Shown: positions 16,946-27,990 of the stretch, in pieces
Layout: each line of letters begins with the position of its first letter
Numbering within the stretch: position 1 is the first letter of the stretch
Made by a program: the position numbers and the translations under genes
NCBI GenBank assembly: GCA_964422025.1
Contig: CAYQYZ010000001.1
Span: 184,200 to 248,199, forward strand
Reading direction: 5' to 3'
Source: an uncultured Gammaproteobacteria bacterium
Lineage (GTDB): Bacteria > Patescibacteriota > Microgenomatia > UBA1406 > HO2-37-13b
Length of the DNA: 64,000 nucleotides
Notes under the pieces: model-generated
Told to the model about the DNA's origin: nothing
The model's database searches: none
Seen by the model: only the letters and a program-made list of their open reading frames with translations

Positions 16946-19582
16946 ATGAATAAATTTACACTATCTATTGCTGCGTTTTTTATCTGCATGCTTTTCCCCG
17001 CTCCATCATTTGCTACCACATACGACATGGGAGATACGGCAAATTGGAATATCAGATTTGTTGGACCTGCAAATTCAACCTTAGGGTACGCGATCAGCGT
17101 TGTTATTAAGGATATTGATAACAATGGATCAAAAGATATTATAGTTGGTGATTATAGTGCCGACTTCAATTCCCGAGCAGATTCCGGATCGCTTTATGTA
17201 ATCAAGCATGAACTATTTGCCGATCTTGTAGGAACGGGAAACTCGATTGATTTGTCAGATCCAACTAATTACTCTTACAGATTTGATGCGGCAGTTGCTG
17301 GCGATCAATTAGCAACAACCGGTGTTCAAGTTGCAGATATTAACAATAACAATATTCCAGATATAATTGTTGGTTCATCAAGTTCTGATTACAATTCTCG
17401 ATCAGAATCTGGATCTGTATACATTATCTATGATAGTATTTACTCAGCAAGTGAAGGAGCAGGAAATATCTTTGACTTAGCTAATTCCTCATCATATTCT
17501 ATCCGTATTGACGGTGCCGCTGCAGATGATTTACTTTCCCTAGACTCATTGACTGTTAAAGATATCAACAACGATTCTAAGAATGATCTATTAATCGGGT
17601 CTTTTTTTGCTGATAATAATAGCAGATCGAAATCTGGATCAATTTATGCGCTTTATAATTCACTTTTAATGGATTATGTCGGAACTGGAAATACAGTAGA
17701 TCTTTCTACACCCAGTAACTTTAATCTAAGGTTTGATGGAGCTGTTGCAAACAACTTATTAGGTCGAGGACAACACGAAGTGGTCGACATAGACAATGAT
17801 GGTTTTGTAGATCTTACACTAGGAGCGGGTGAAGCTGATTTTAATTCAAAAACAAATTCGGGTTCAGTTTACATTGTGCAGTCATCATTGTTTAGATCAA
17901 TCGCTGGGACAGGGAACACAATAGATATGGCAGAAAGCACAAATTGGACACTACGAATTGATGGAGCTACAGCCGGAGATCAACTCGGAGCATTGGGAAA
18001 ATCTGTAACTGATATAAATAACAATGAATATCCTGATTTTTTACTCGGTGCCTTCGGAGCTGATTTTAATGGACGTTCTGGTTCTGGGTCTTTGTATGCT
18101 GTTTACGACGACATAATCTCTACTTATTCTGGAACTGGTAATACTTTTCAGCTCTCAGATACTTCAAAATGGAATCTCCGCTTTGATGGACCAGTCATCG
18201 GTGATGGTTTTGGTTCTTATACGACGCTCACAGGTGATTTAGATAATGATGGCCAGCGAGATATTGTTGCGGGAACTGCAAACGGAGACGTTGGGAGTTT
18301 TACAAATGCCGGATCTGTTTTTGTTATTTTCAACGATCTTTTTAATTCATTAACTGGCACAGGAAATACAATCGACCTACTCAACTCTTCTAATTACTCA
18401 TTTCGGTATGACGGCCAAGATTCGTATCATTATCTGGGTTTGTCTACAGTAATTGATGATATAAATCTAGATGGTCAGCTTGATCTAATTATGAGCCAAC
18501 CAATGCACACAATCACTATTCCATCTGGAACAGGGTACCTACACGTCATAGATTATTTTCCGCATGTTATAACTCATAGTGAAACTATTGGAGATATTCG
18601 AAAGCCATTTACTTTTAAAGGGCTTGTTACTGCACCAAACAATCCAACATCAATAGCACGGGTTCAATGGGGACATCAACGATCATTTGGGAATCTTACA
18701 GCTACGGTATCGACGGACTTTGAAAATGCTTGGATTGATTGTAATGCAGTTGATGGGGCTTTCAACTCTAACACAGAAGAATTTACATGTTCACATTCAG
18801 CACTCGACGGACGCCCCCACTTTACAATTCCGCATGATGTATTCATACGAGCACAAGACACTAAAGGAATATGGACTCCGGTTGCAAATTACTTTCAACA
18901 CAGATTCCAATTAAACGATACTTCCAACGGCAATAACAATGCATCTGAAAGTCGTCCACATTTAGTCAGAAACGAAGCAGGAATTGTAAAAAATTCAGGA
19001 GGTGGATCCAATATAGTTTCTATAATAGTTTCCGCCAATACAATTCCCTTTGATAGTTTTATTACTGTTGAAAATGAAGTTAAGAAAAGCTTAATACGCA
19101 TTGGGGCATATTGGCAAATTTCTGAAGTAAAAAAAGTGTGGTTTCATTCATTTCATAATCGTGCAACAGTTGCAGAGTCATTGCAAATGAATCCTTCGAT
19201 AATTTCGATGACCTACAGTAATCATGACCTTGCTTCACCAGGCGTTCCTGGATACTTTTTCCCGCAACACAATCTTAAATTAGCTTATTCCTCAGATGGG
19301 ATAAAATGGAAAATACTACAGAATTCAGTTGTTGATACACAAAATAAAACTGTTGCATCAATAAACAAAATTGGTGGCTACTACATGATAGTTGGCACGC
19401 CATATTTGAAATTAAATAGTACAGTCCGTGAGCTATTTGATATACAGCGTCAACAAGATTTTTTAGAAAGTCCAGTTTTAAAATTAAAACCTGTGAAAAA
19501 AGAGGTTAATCTAACTAATAAGCCGATTATCAATAACACTTCGTTTTTCCAAAAAATTTTGAACCACTTTAAATTGTTCTAA
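16946..19582 (+). CDS. Secreted FG-GAP (integrin-alpha-like beta-propeller) repeat protein with Ig-like and shared C-terminal domains
   Basis: Signal peptide; about 7 repeats of D.NNDG..D...G...AD.N.R..SGS.Y. Confidence 0.85.
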   Translation: MNKFTLSIAAFFICMLFPAPSFATTYDMGDTANWNIRFVGPANSTLGYAISVVIKDIDNNGSKDIIVGDYSADFNSRADSGSLYVIKHELFADLVGTGNSIDLSDPTNYSYRFDAAVAGDQLATTGVQVADINNNNIPDIIVGSSSSDYNSRSESGSVYIIYDSIYSASEGAGNIFDLANSSSYSIRIDGAAADDLLSLDSLTVKDINNDSKNDLLIGSFFADNNSRSKSGSIYALYNSLLMDYVGTGNTVDLSTPSNFNLRFDGAVANNLLGRGQHEVVDIDNDGFVDLTLGAGEADFNSKTNSGSVYIVQSSLFRSIAGTGNTIDMAESTNWTLRIDGATAGDQLGALGKSVTDINNNEYPDFLLGAFGADFNGRSGSGSLYAVYDDIISTYSGTGNTFQLSDTSKWNLRFDGPVIGDGFGSYTTLTGDLDNDGQRDIVAGTANGDVGSFTNAGSVFVIFNDLFNSLTGTGNTIDLLNSSNYSFRYDGQDSYHYLGLSTVIDDINLDGQLDLIMSQPMHTITIPSGTGYLHVIDYFPHVITHSETIGDIRKPFTFKGLVTAPNNPTSIARVQWGHQRSFGNLTATVSTDFENAWIDCNAVDGAFNSNTEEFTCSHSALDGRPHFTIPHDVFIRAQDTKGIWTPVANYFQHRFQLNDTSNGNNNASESRPHLVRNEAGIVKNSGGGSNIVSIIVSANTIPFDSFITVENEVKKSLIRIGAYWQISEVKKVWFHSFHNRATVAESLQMNPSIISMTYSNHDLASPGVPGYFFPQHNLKLAYSSDGIKWKILQNSVVDTQNKTVASINKIGGYYMIVGTPYLKLNSTVRELFDIQRQQDFLESPVLKLKPVKKEVNLTNKPIINNTSFFQKILNHFKLF

Positions 19583-19594
19583 TTTACATGTAGC

Positions 19595-21832
19595 ATGCTT
19601 ACAAAGCCACAATTCATTCGTAACGTATTCATCACATTAGTTACAGTACTAACGATGACTGGAATATTTCACACGTACAGAAACAGTAAGCCAAAAGTTG
19701 CTCAAGGTTCTTTTCACATAGCTCAATATCTGAATGACCAGTGGGAACAAAAACACGATGCTAATTATTCAGTTGAGTATCAAACAAAAGATTTTCAGTT
19801 AATTCCACAAAACAATCAAATCAAAGTTCGTATCAATCAAAATACCGTTTCATACGGAGATATTGAATTTGTACAACTACGTGCTTGTGGAACAATTATT
19901 ACGCCTGAATATGCGCGCTACGTAGATACGGAAGAAAGTGTGCTCAATGATATTCTCTTGGATGACCACAATGTTGTCGTTAACCACGAAAAACCCATTG
20001 AACTTTTATGGAAAATTCCAGAAGAATGTGAGCAAGTTGCAACGCTTTCGTTAAAGGCAAATGAATATGAATCGCCCGAGAAAAATGCTTTTCGTTTCCC
20101 TGATTGGGCAATTCCATTACAGTCATATACGTTTCAAAATAATGGCTCTTTGACTATAGATGGTCTGCTTACTGAAGTCGATGGATTTGCTACCCCCAAG
20201 TATTCGCCTTTTTGGACAGCCGGAACAGGTCACCCTTCGAATAATACGCATATATACATTAAAGACGATGCGGACTACGTATATTTTGCTGTCGACATTA
20301 CTCTCGACAATACAAATGAATTTGGCCCTGATTGGTTAAAAATTTTTGCACAAAATACAAAAACAGGAGAGCCAGTCGAATACCGCGTTGATGACTATCA
20401 AGATAAACACGGAAAATGTAGTTTCGGCTTAACAAGTAAAGTACCATACAAACACCAAACATGTGAAATTCGTATTCCAAAAAAAGTTTTGACGGAAAAT
20501 AAACTCGATTTTATTTTGCGATATTATGGAACTGGAGGAGCCCCAGCTGTAAGTATTGACACCATGAGCTTTAGCGCGACAACATCTGATTCAACGCCAA
20601 CTATATCGGGAAGAGCACTGGCAGAAGATGGAGCTTCCGCACTTACTGGAGTATCATTCGGACTTGCTGACAGCCAAGTAGCTAGTGAAGGAAATATAGT
20701 CCCGAATTATGATGGAACTTGTATTGCCGATGATGGAGCCTTTGATGAGACAATAGATACATTTACCTGTACAACCAGTACCCTTTCGCCGGGTGGCTAC
20801 CGCATGTTTATTAGAGCTACAAATGGATCGCAATCGGGAACAAATAATACGGCTATTTTTACTGTAACTGATGGAACTGCTCCGTCACTTACACTTACAG
20901 CTGTTACCGATCCGACCACCGATACAACTCCTACGCTTTCAGGAACTTCTACCGATGTTTCGGGTACGGTTTCAAGTGTTGAATTTCAAATGGATGGAAC
21001 AGGGGGGAGTTGGTCTGCATGTATCGCTGATGATGGAACATTTGATGAAGCAAGTGAAACATTTACCTGTACACCATCAACACTTTCTGTTGGATCACAC
21101 ACGATGTATGTACGGACAACTGACAATTCATCGAATGTTTCTTCCAACAGCACCGACGAATTCACCATTGCCACTGCTCCAACTTCAACTCCAACACAGG
21201 GCCCTTCTGCTACTCCAGCCCCTAACAATAACAGCAATGAAACAATTCAAATTCCTCAGGGATCAGGTGGAAGTAATGGTGGAGGAGTTATGTCATCAGT
21301 AAAAGATTCAAATACGTTTGGTCAACGAGTATTTTCGATAATTGAACCGAACACTCTAACATTCAATGCTTTCCTTTCGGCTCGAGCTATTGCAGCATCA
21401 TTTCCTAATAACATATTGCCAAACCCTATGACAAATGGTCTTAGTAAAAGCACAGTAAAAACTAATGCAGTGTATGCAGGCGGCACGCATATTGGTATAA
21501 AAACAAGCGCAGGTATTTATTGGCAAGTAGGAAATGTTCAAAATATATGGTATAAAGCGTATGCTCCAACCGGAAGTTCCATTGAACCTGCAAAAATAAT
21601 CCCTGAATTGCAAAAAAAGCCTTCTATTATTACGTTAAGCTATACCGACTCCCAACTTGTTCCACCGGGTCGCCCAAAAACAAAATTTTCACCAAAGGGT
21701 CTAAAAATAGCCACTTCAATAGATGGTGTTACGTGGAAATTATTGCCAACATCAGTAGTTGATAGCAAAAACAAAACAGTCTCAGCATTGCATAAAATCG
21801 GCGGCTACTACATGATTACTGCTAATAAATAA
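19595..21832 (+). CDS. Surface protein with tandem Ig-like (Big) repeats, PT-rich linker and shared C-terminal domain
   Basis: N-terminal TM; two T.D.TPT.SG..C.ADDG.FDE..ETFTC repeats; TPT linker. Confidence 0.8.
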   Translation: MLTKPQFIRNVFITLVTVLTMTGIFHTYRNSKPKVAQGSFHIAQYLNDQWEQKHDANYSVEYQTKDFQLIPQNNQIKVRINQNTVSYGDIEFVQLRACGTIITPEYARYVDTEESVLNDILLDDHNVVVNHEKPIELLWKIPEECEQVATLSLKANEYESPEKNAFRFPDWAIPLQSYTFQNNGSLTIDGLLTEVDGFATPKYSPFWTAGTGHPSNNTHIYIKDDADYVYFAVDITLDNTNEFGPDWLKIFAQNTKTGEPVEYRVDDYQDKHGKCSFGLTSKVPYKHQTCEIRIPKKVLTENKLDFILRYYGTGGAPAVSIDTMSFSATTSDSTPTISGRALAEDGASALTGVSFGLADSQVASEGNIVPNYDGTCIADDGAFDETIDTFTCTTSTLSPGGYRMFIRATNGSQSGTNNTAIFTVTDGTAPSLTLTAVTDPTTDTTPTLSGTSTDVSGTVSSVEFQMDGTGGSWSACIADDGTFDEASETFTCTPSTLSVGSHTMYVRTTDNSSNVSSNSTDEFTIATAPTSTPTQGPSATPAPNNNSNETIQIPQGSGGSNGGGVMSSVKDSNTFGQRVFSIIEPNTLTFNAFLSARAIAASFPNNILPNPMTNGLSKSTVKTNAVYAGGTHIGIKTSAGIYWQVGNVQNIWYKAYAPTGSSIEPAKIIPELQKKPSIITLSYTDSQLVPPGRPKTKFSPKGLKIATSIDGVTWKLLPTSVVDSKNKTVSALHKIGGYYMITANK

Positions 21833-21872
21833 AATAGTATTGCATCACAAAGTTTTTATAGTAAAATACTAT

Positions 21873-22274
21873 ATGGAAGCAATAGTAATAAGAAATAGTG
21901 CAATCGAAAGAGTTCGGGCGGCTACTACATGGGCAAAAACCAACGCTGGTCCGCTAGTTTTTTTAGCAGGTGCTATTTCGCTTATTTACTCTCGGACTGC
22001 GCATGAAGAAGATCTTGATACAGCTCAATGTGGACCTATCGGCTGTTTCACCTCACTTGGCAAACTTGTTCCCGTAGGTCTTGCCGATGGACTTGATTAC
22101 TGTGCAAATGTAACTCGTCGATTTGACCAAAACACTGGCACAATAATATTCGATAGCTCAATGACATACAATGGAGTTGACTATTGCATCGAATGGAATC
22201 CTGATCAGCATCGTGGCACCGCAACACGTGTTGGAGGATTTTGTCTGCCAGCAACCCCAGATGTGAACGAATAA
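21873..22274 (+). CDS. Hypothetical single-TM Cys-containing protein
   Basis: TM segment followed by a Cys-rich ectodomain. Confidence 0.55.
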   Translation: MEAIVIRNSAIERVRAATTWAKTNAGPLVFLAGAISLIYSRTAHEEDLDTAQCGPIGCFTSLGKLVPVGLADGLDYCANVTRRFDQNTGTIIFDSSMTYNGVDYCIEWNPDQHRGTATRVGGFCLPATPDVNE

Positions 22275-22302
22275 ATAATCGTATCTGCTATAATATACTC
22301 TT

Positions 22303-23175
22303 ATGAAAACCTACACAAAAAAAGATTTGGGCAAGGGAACAATTGAACTTTTGATTACATTAGACAAAGATGTCATTAAAAAAGAGTTCGATGTTACATT
22401 CGATAAAGCGCTAACGGAAGTTGAAGTCGAAGGCTTCCGCAAAGGAAAAGCTCCTAAGGATATGGCTTCAAAACTGGTTGATCGAGAGAAAGTATATGAA
22501 AAAGTAATTGGCGAGTTAATTCCTGTCGCTTATGAGGAAGTTCTTAAAAAAGAATCATTAACACCTGCCACACAACCCCACGTTGAGCTCGTAAACGGCA
22601 AGGAAGGCGAAGATTGGGTAATTAAGATTACATTGGCTCTTCGACCGGTGGTAACAGTAGGGGACTACAAAAAAATTGTAAAAGATGTTAAAGGCGACAT
22701 GAAAAAAGATGAAATTTGGGTTCCAGGTAAGGAAGTAAAGCCTGAAGACAAAAATAAAGCTGAAGAAAATAAGCGAAAAATGTTGAATGCTATCTTAGAT
22801 AAGTTAGCTCATGATTCTACCGTTGAAATGTCTGATTTGATCATGAAAGACGAAGTAAATCGCCGACTTACTCAGCTCCTCGACGACGTAAAGCAAATCG
22901 GCATGACCGTTGAAGAATATGCTCGTTCAAAAAATACAACGCTCGAAGCTATGAAAGCCCAATTTGAGCATGAAATTGAAGATATGTACAAAATTGAACT
23001 CGGACTCGAGAAAATTAGCGATGAAGCTAAAATTACGGTTGAGGAATCTGATTTGGCAGCAATGCTTGGTAACATTACCGACCCGAAAGCAAAAGAACAG
23101 GCACAAAAAAATGCATATTTTTATGCAACAGTCATAAAACGACAAAAAACACTTGACCATCTGCTCAGCCTTTGA
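22303..23175 (+). CDS. tig: Trigger factor (no FKBP/PPIase domain)
   Basis: GFRKGKAP ribosome-binding motif; 290 aa. Confidence 0.9.
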   Translation: MKTYTKKDLGKGTIELLITLDKDVIKKEFDVTFDKALTEVEVEGFRKGKAPKDMASKLVDREKVYEKVIGELIPVAYEEVLKKESLTPATQPHVELVNGKEGEDWVIKITLALRPVVTVGDYKKIVKDVKGDMKKDEIWVPGKEVKPEDKNKAEENKRKMLNAILDKLAHDSTVEMSDLIMKDEVNRRLTQLLDDVKQIGMTVEEYARSKNTTLEAMKAQFEHEIEDMYKIELGLEKISDEAKITVEESDLAAMLGNITDPKAKEQAQKNAYFYATVIKRQKTLDHLLSL

Positions 23176-23237
23176 TATCCTTACCTCAAGCACGTGTACC
23201 TTGACGTACTTAACGTCCTGTAGTATAATAGAGGCTT

Positions 23238-23759
23238 ATGAATTTTCCTGTACTTGGCACAAAAAAAAGCAAGTTCGTAAAAAATCCTTTGGAGATAGAT
23301 ACGGCTGTGCGTTCTTACGGCGAGCGCCGTCCTACTCCGACTGCACCTGAAAATAAACAACCACGAACTGAATTCACTATTTTTAGTCAGGTTCACCACA
23401 TTGAAAATGTTGAAAATGCTAAAAAAGTAGATACATTGCTTGCCCAAGTAAAAGAGCAGGTTGATGTTATTCAAAACTATAACAAATCAATTCAATCTGA
23501 AATTAAAGATATAGAAAAAGTTTTAATTACCGGTGTGGCAGAAGGAAACAAAAAAGGATCGTATATTGAAAATATTCTTGAAGTATTCTTGTTTGTGTTG
23601 CGCAATTTAACCTCTAAGTTAGGTGAAGCTAAAACATGGCTTTCTGCAATGGAAACTAAAAAAGCAAAACGAGGTTCTGCATTTGCTGCCCGATCTAAAA
23701 AGAAGGGAACTTCATATTCAATGTCACAAGAACTTTCAAACGCACGATCAGTTCAGTAA
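23238..23759 (+). CDS. Conserved CPR hypothetical protein (DUF5660-like)
   Basis: Coiled coil, then W...KK.KRGS.F..KK.GT.YS.SQE. Confidence 0.6.
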   Translation: MNFPVLGTKKSKFVKNPLEIDTAVRSYGERRPTPTAPENKQPRTEFTIFSQVHHIENVENAKKVDTLLAQVKEQVDVIQNYNKSIQSEIKDIEKVLITGVAEGNKKGSYIENILEVFLFVLRNLTSKLGEAKTWLSAMETKKAKRGSAFAARSKKKGTSYSMSQELSNARSVQ

Positions 23760-23783
23760 GATATTTGATATAATAGTCCAATC

Positions 23784-23857
23784 GGGCGGTTAGCTCAGTT
23801 GGCTAGAGCGTTGCATTGACATTGCAAAGGTCACAGGTTCAAGTCCTGTACTGCCCA
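23784..23857 (+). tRNA. tRNA-Val(GAC), CCA not encoded
   Basis: GGGCGGT/ACTGCCC acceptor stem, TTGCA-TTGACAT-TGCAA anticodon arm, GTTCAAGT. Confidence 0.95.
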
Positions 23858-23909
23858 CACTCCTCGAACTTGACCCCTTCAGATACTTCCTGTACTATTA
23901 CCTACTACT

Positions 23910-25268
23910 ATGTTGTTCGATAAGCCCCTTTGTTTTGTTGATATTGAAACTACCGGAACGAGCGTAACCCACGATCGGATTATTGAAGTGGGAATGCTTA
24001 AAGTGGTTGATAATGAAGTTGTGGACACGTATGAGTCGCTCATTAATCCGAATGCGCATGTTTCTCCGTTTATAACGAGTATCACCGGTATCTCTCCCTC
24101 GGACCTTGAAGACGCGCCGAGCTTTGAGGCTATTTACCCGGATATTTACAAATTTTTAGAAGGTTCCATTTTTGTTGCGCATAATGCGCGGTTTGATTAT
24201 GGATTCATTCGACAAGAATTTGGAAGATTCGAAATCTCATACAGCTCTCCTTTACTGTGCACCGTACGACTCTCTCGATTACTCTACCCACGGTACAAAC
24301 GCCATAATTTAGACAGTATTATTGAGCGATTTAACATTAATTGTGAGCGCCGGCACCGAGCGCTAGACGATTCTAGAGTTATGTTCGAGTTTTTTACGCA
24401 AACGCAACAAAATTTTTCCGAAGAAACACTCCAAAAGGCGGTAAATACCATTCTCAAAAAGCCTTCTATTCCACTCAATGTTTCAAATGCAATTTTAGAC
24501 GATATCCCACAAACTCCTGGGGTGTACATTTTCTATGGCGAATCAGATACTCCATTATATGTAGGAAAGAGTACTAATATTCGAAATCGAGTTATGTCGC
24601 ATTTTACATCGGATGGTAAGTCTACAAAAGAAATGAATATTGCCCAACAATTACGACGCGTTGAGACAATTCAGACCGCGGGGGAATTAGGTGCACTTAT
24701 AAAGGAATCTAAACTGATAAAAGAAATGCAGCCTACATATAATCGAATGTTGCGGATGAAACGTGAGATAACTGTTCTAACGAAGCTAACGGATGAAAAT
24801 GGGTATGATAGAGTTACCATAGAGAGTCACTCTGCGATTGGCCAAGATCAATTGGATAATATTTTGGCCGTGTGTAAAACAAAACGGCAGGCAAAAGAGT
24901 TGCTTGTAGCAATCTGCAAGGAGCATGGACTGTGCGAGAATCTAATGGGCATTTCCAAAGGAACTGGGAGCTGTTTTTCTTCTAAATTAGGAGTCTGTAA
25001 AGGTGCGTGTACTAATAAAGAGCTGCCGGTGAAATATAACATACGATTTTTGCAGGCGTTTTTTGCCACAAAAATTAAACGCTGGCCATTTGAAGGTCCA
25101 ATACAGATCGTGGAGGAGTCAACCGGTAAATCAGAGGTATTTGAAGTAGATAATTGGTGTTTGGTAGGGGAGAGTGACGGAATTTTTGACTACGACACGT
25201 ACAAAATCCTTGCCCGGTTTATTTTGGATGATAAAAATCAGAATAAAATCTCAACAATATATGCATAA
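23910..25268 (+). CDS. DEDDh 3'-5' exonuclease fused to GIY-YIG (UvrC/Cho-like) domain
   Basis: DIETTG, AHNARFD, HRALDD; PGVYIF..LYVGKS.N.R.RV.SH. Confidence 0.9.
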   Translation: MLFDKPLCFVDIETTGTSVTHDRIIEVGMLKVVDNEVVDTYESLINPNAHVSPFITSITGISPSDLEDAPSFEAIYPDIYKFLEGSIFVAHNARFDYGFIRQEFGRFEISYSSPLLCTVRLSRLLYPRYKRHNLDSIIERFNINCERRHRALDDSRVMFEFFTQTQQNFSEETLQKAVNTILKKPSIPLNVSNAILDDIPQTPGVYIFYGESDTPLYVGKSTNIRNRVMSHFTSDGKSTKEMNIAQQLRRVETIQTAGELGALIKESKLIKEMQPTYNRMLRMKREITVLTKLTDENGYDRVTIESHSAIGQDQLDNILAVCKTKRQAKELLVAICKEHGLCENLMGISKGTGSCFSSKLGVCKGACTNKELPVKYNIRFLQAFFATKIKRWPFEGPIQIVEESTGKSEVFEVDNWCLVGESDGIFDYDTYKILARFILDDKNQNKISTIYA

Positions 25269-25695
25269 ACACATGCTTGTTTCTGTCATCATCGTTATTA
25301 AACACTTCAATCAATTTCTTTTGGTACAAAGAAAACACAATGATGATATTTTTCCCGGTAAATGGCAAAATCTAGGTGGAAAAGTCGAACCAGAGGAAAC
25401 GGTAGAAAATGCAATTATTCGCGAAGTAAAAGAAGAAGTAAATATTACGATACCAAAATCACTGCAGCCTGACTTTCTACATAGTTATTCATGGAAAAAA
25501 GAAGATAAAGGACCTAGTAGATTAGGACTTATTTTTTTAGTTACTTTATCAAGAAAACCAAAAGTTATAATTAATGATGAACTTAACAACTACGGATGGT
25601 ACACCTATAAAGAAATGCTACAACTTGACACAATTGGGAAACAATCATCTACAGGTACTCGTGCTCAAATTAGATGGGCAATCGATAGAAAGTAA
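25261..25695 (+). CDS. NUDIX hydrolase
   Basis: GGKVEPEETVENAIIREVKEEV Nudix box. Confidence 0.88.
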   Translation: MHKHMLVSVIIVIKHFNQFLLVQRKHNDDIFPGKWQNLGGKVEPEETVENAIIREVKEEVNITIPKSLQPDFLHSYSWKKEDKGPSRLGLIFLVTLSRKPKVIINDELNNYGWYTYKEMLQLDTIGKQSSTGTRAQIRWAIDRK

Positions 25696-25714
25696 GTGGT
25701 GTATAATTGCATAT

Positions 25715-27460
25715 ATGTCAAACAATTCTGATTTAGATAATCTGCGTCATTCGGCTGCTCATTTGCTTGCAGCTGCTGTTATGGAGTTATGGCCTAGTAC
25801 TAAGCGTACCATCGGTCCTGCTATTGAAAACGGTTTTTATTTTGACTTTGAATTCGAACACCCAGTTTCAGAAAATGATTTTGCCAAAATTGAGCAAAAA
25901 ATGCATGAGCTTGTGAAAAAATGGGAATCATTTGAGCGCAGCGAACTCACTCCTGAAGACGCAAAGAAGGAATACGTAAACAATCCATATAAACATGAAC
26001 TGATCGATGAATTTTCACAAAACGGAGAAACGCTTACTTTTTATAAATCCGGCGATTACTGGGATTTATGTAAAGGCGGACATTGCGAACATCCAAGTCA
26101 AGAACTTAAACACTTCAAACTCCTCTCCGTTGCAGGCGCATATTGGCGCGGAAGCGAAAAAAATAAGATGCTTACTCGCATTTACGGAACTATTTTCCCG
26201 ACTAAAGAGGAACTTGATGCACACTTAACACTCCTCGAGGAAGCTAAAAAACGAGATCACCGAAAAATTGGAGCAGAACAGCAATTATTTTTCATTGACG
26301 ACGTTGTTGGAAAAGGACTGGTTATGTGGCTTCCTAATGGAACGATTATTCGCGATCAAATCGAGAAATTAGCCATTCAAATGGAAGAGAAAGATGGCTA
26401 TGTTCGAGTTGTTACTCCGCATATTGCAAAAGAAGAGCTATTCACAACCTCTGGACACCTACCATACTACAAAGAAGGCATGTTCCCACCGATGGTTATG
26501 GATGATGGCACGTACTATTTAAAAGCCATGAACTGCCCGCATCATCATCGGATCTACCTTCACACACCCAAGTCATATAGAGAGTTACCACTGAGACTTG
26601 CAGAGTATGGAACGGTGTATCGCAATGAAATGTCTGGAACGCTTGCCGGGCTCCTACGTGTTCGGGCCCTTGCCATGAACGACGCTCATATTTATTTGCG
26701 AAAAGATCAAGTAAAAGAAGAATTCAAAAAAGTCTTAAAACTCACAACCGAATATTTCAACATGTTTGGACTAAAAGATTATTGGTTCCGGCTTTCCAAA
26801 TGGGACAAAGCGCATAAAGAAAAATATATTGATGAACCTGAAAACTGGGAATATACCGAGCAAGTTATTCGAGAAGTGCTGCAAGAAGAAAAATATCAGT
26901 TTGAAGAAGTTGCCGATGAAGCCGCGTTTTACGGTCCAAAGGTTGATGTTCAATTTAAGTCAATTATCGGGCGCGAAGAGACTATGTCGACCATTCAGCT
27001 CGATTTTGCTGCAAAATCACGTTTTAATCTCTCTTATACGGATGAGACCGGAGCAGAGAACAATGAAGTATTTGTTATTCACCGCGCACCACTTTCCACG
27101 CATGAACGGTTCATGGCTTTCTTAATCGAGCACTATGCAGGAGCGTTTCCATTTTGGCTTGCGCCCGTACAAGTTTCAATTCTTCCAGTATCCGATAAGT
27201 TCGCTGATTACGCCCAAGAAATTGCTAACGAATTGAAAACTCACGGAGTCCGCGTTTTTGTCGATTCTGACAATAAAACGCTTGGCGCCAAGATTCGGCA
27301 AACCACATTGCAAAAGGTGCCCTTCATGTGTATAATAGGAGAGAAAGAAGTTGAAGCCAAGAATGTTTCGGTTCGAACACGAGAAGGACAGGATCTAGGA
27401 GTTATGTCGCTAGCAGAATTTGCTAACAAGTTATCAAACCACATTGAGAACAAACAATAA
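25715..27460 (+). CDS. thrS: Threonyl-tRNA synthetase
   Basis: HSAAH, DLC.GGH, AMNCP.H, IHRA motifs. Confidence 0.97.
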   Translation: MSNNSDLDNLRHSAAHLLAAAVMELWPSTKRTIGPAIENGFYFDFEFEHPVSENDFAKIEQKMHELVKKWESFERSELTPEDAKKEYVNNPYKHELIDEFSQNGETLTFYKSGDYWDLCKGGHCEHPSQELKHFKLLSVAGAYWRGSEKNKMLTRIYGTIFPTKEELDAHLTLLEEAKKRDHRKIGAEQQLFFIDDVVGKGLVMWLPNGTIIRDQIEKLAIQMEEKDGYVRVVTPHIAKEELFTTSGHLPYYKEGMFPPMVMDDGTYYLKAMNCPHHHRIYLHTPKSYRELPLRLAEYGTVYRNEMSGTLAGLLRVRALAMNDAHIYLRKDQVKEEFKKVLKLTTEYFNMFGLKDYWFRLSKWDKAHKEKYIDEPENWEYTEQVIREVLQEEKYQFEEVADEAAFYGPKVDVQFKSIIGREETMSTIQLDFAAKSRFNLSYTDETGAENNEVFVIHRAPLSTHERFMAFLIEHYAGAFPFWLAPVQVSILPVSDKFADYAQEIANELKTHGVRVFVDSDNKTLGAKIRQTTLQKVPFMCIIGEKEVEAKNVSVRTREGQDLGVMSLAEFANKLSNHIENKQ

Positions 27461-27989
27461 TCGCTTTAAAAAAGACACGCGGGTTTGGTATGTCAGAAAT
27501 GAGCATATTTCCGCACCTGAACTGAGATTAATCGATGAAACTGGTCACCAACTTGAAGTCATGAAACGCGACGATGCCTTAGCGCTCGCCCGCGAAAAAG
27601 AAGTCGATTTGGTGTTAATTGCAGCACAAGCGCAACCACCAGTAGCAAAACTTATCGATTTCCAGAAGTTTTTGTATCAAGAGGAAAAAAAGAAAAAGGA
27701 AGCGAAAAAAGGCGTGAAGAAAAGTTCGACTAAAGATGTGCAAATATCACTCTTTATCGGCGCAAACGATTTGGAACGAATGCGAGCAAAAACTAAAGAG
27801 TTTATTGGCGAAGGAAATCAGGTACGAATAAAGCTCGGTTTACGAGGAAGAGAGCTTGGAAAAAAGAACATGGCGTTCGATTTAATGAAGAAATTTATTG
27901 AATCAGTTCCAGATAGCGCAGTTTCAAGCGAGCCAAAATTTGCGGGAAGAGTACTATTATGTGTACTTGTTCGCCGAAAGAAAAGTTAA
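27444..27989 (+). CDS. infC: Translation initiation factor IF-3 (probable non-AUG start)
   Basis: NE.I...RLID..G, A.PPVAK, LRGRE; thrS-infC-rpmI-rplT synteny; start uncertain. Confidence 0.93.
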   Translation: MRTNNNRFKKDTRVWYVRNEHISAPELRLIDETGHQLEVMKRDDALALAREKEVDLVLIAAQAQPPVAKLIDFQKFLYQEEKKKKEAKKGVKKSSTKDVQISLFIGANDLERMRAKTKEFIGEGNQVRIKLGLRGRELGKKNMAFDLMKKFIESVPDSAVSSEPKFAGRVLLCVLVRRKKS

Positions 27990-27990
27990 T

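Noticed and set aside
17000-18560. Periodic repeats as CRISPR or DGR
   Set aside because: They are degenerate in-frame FG-GAP coding repeats; no identical spaced repeats, cas genes or reverse transcriptase in the window.
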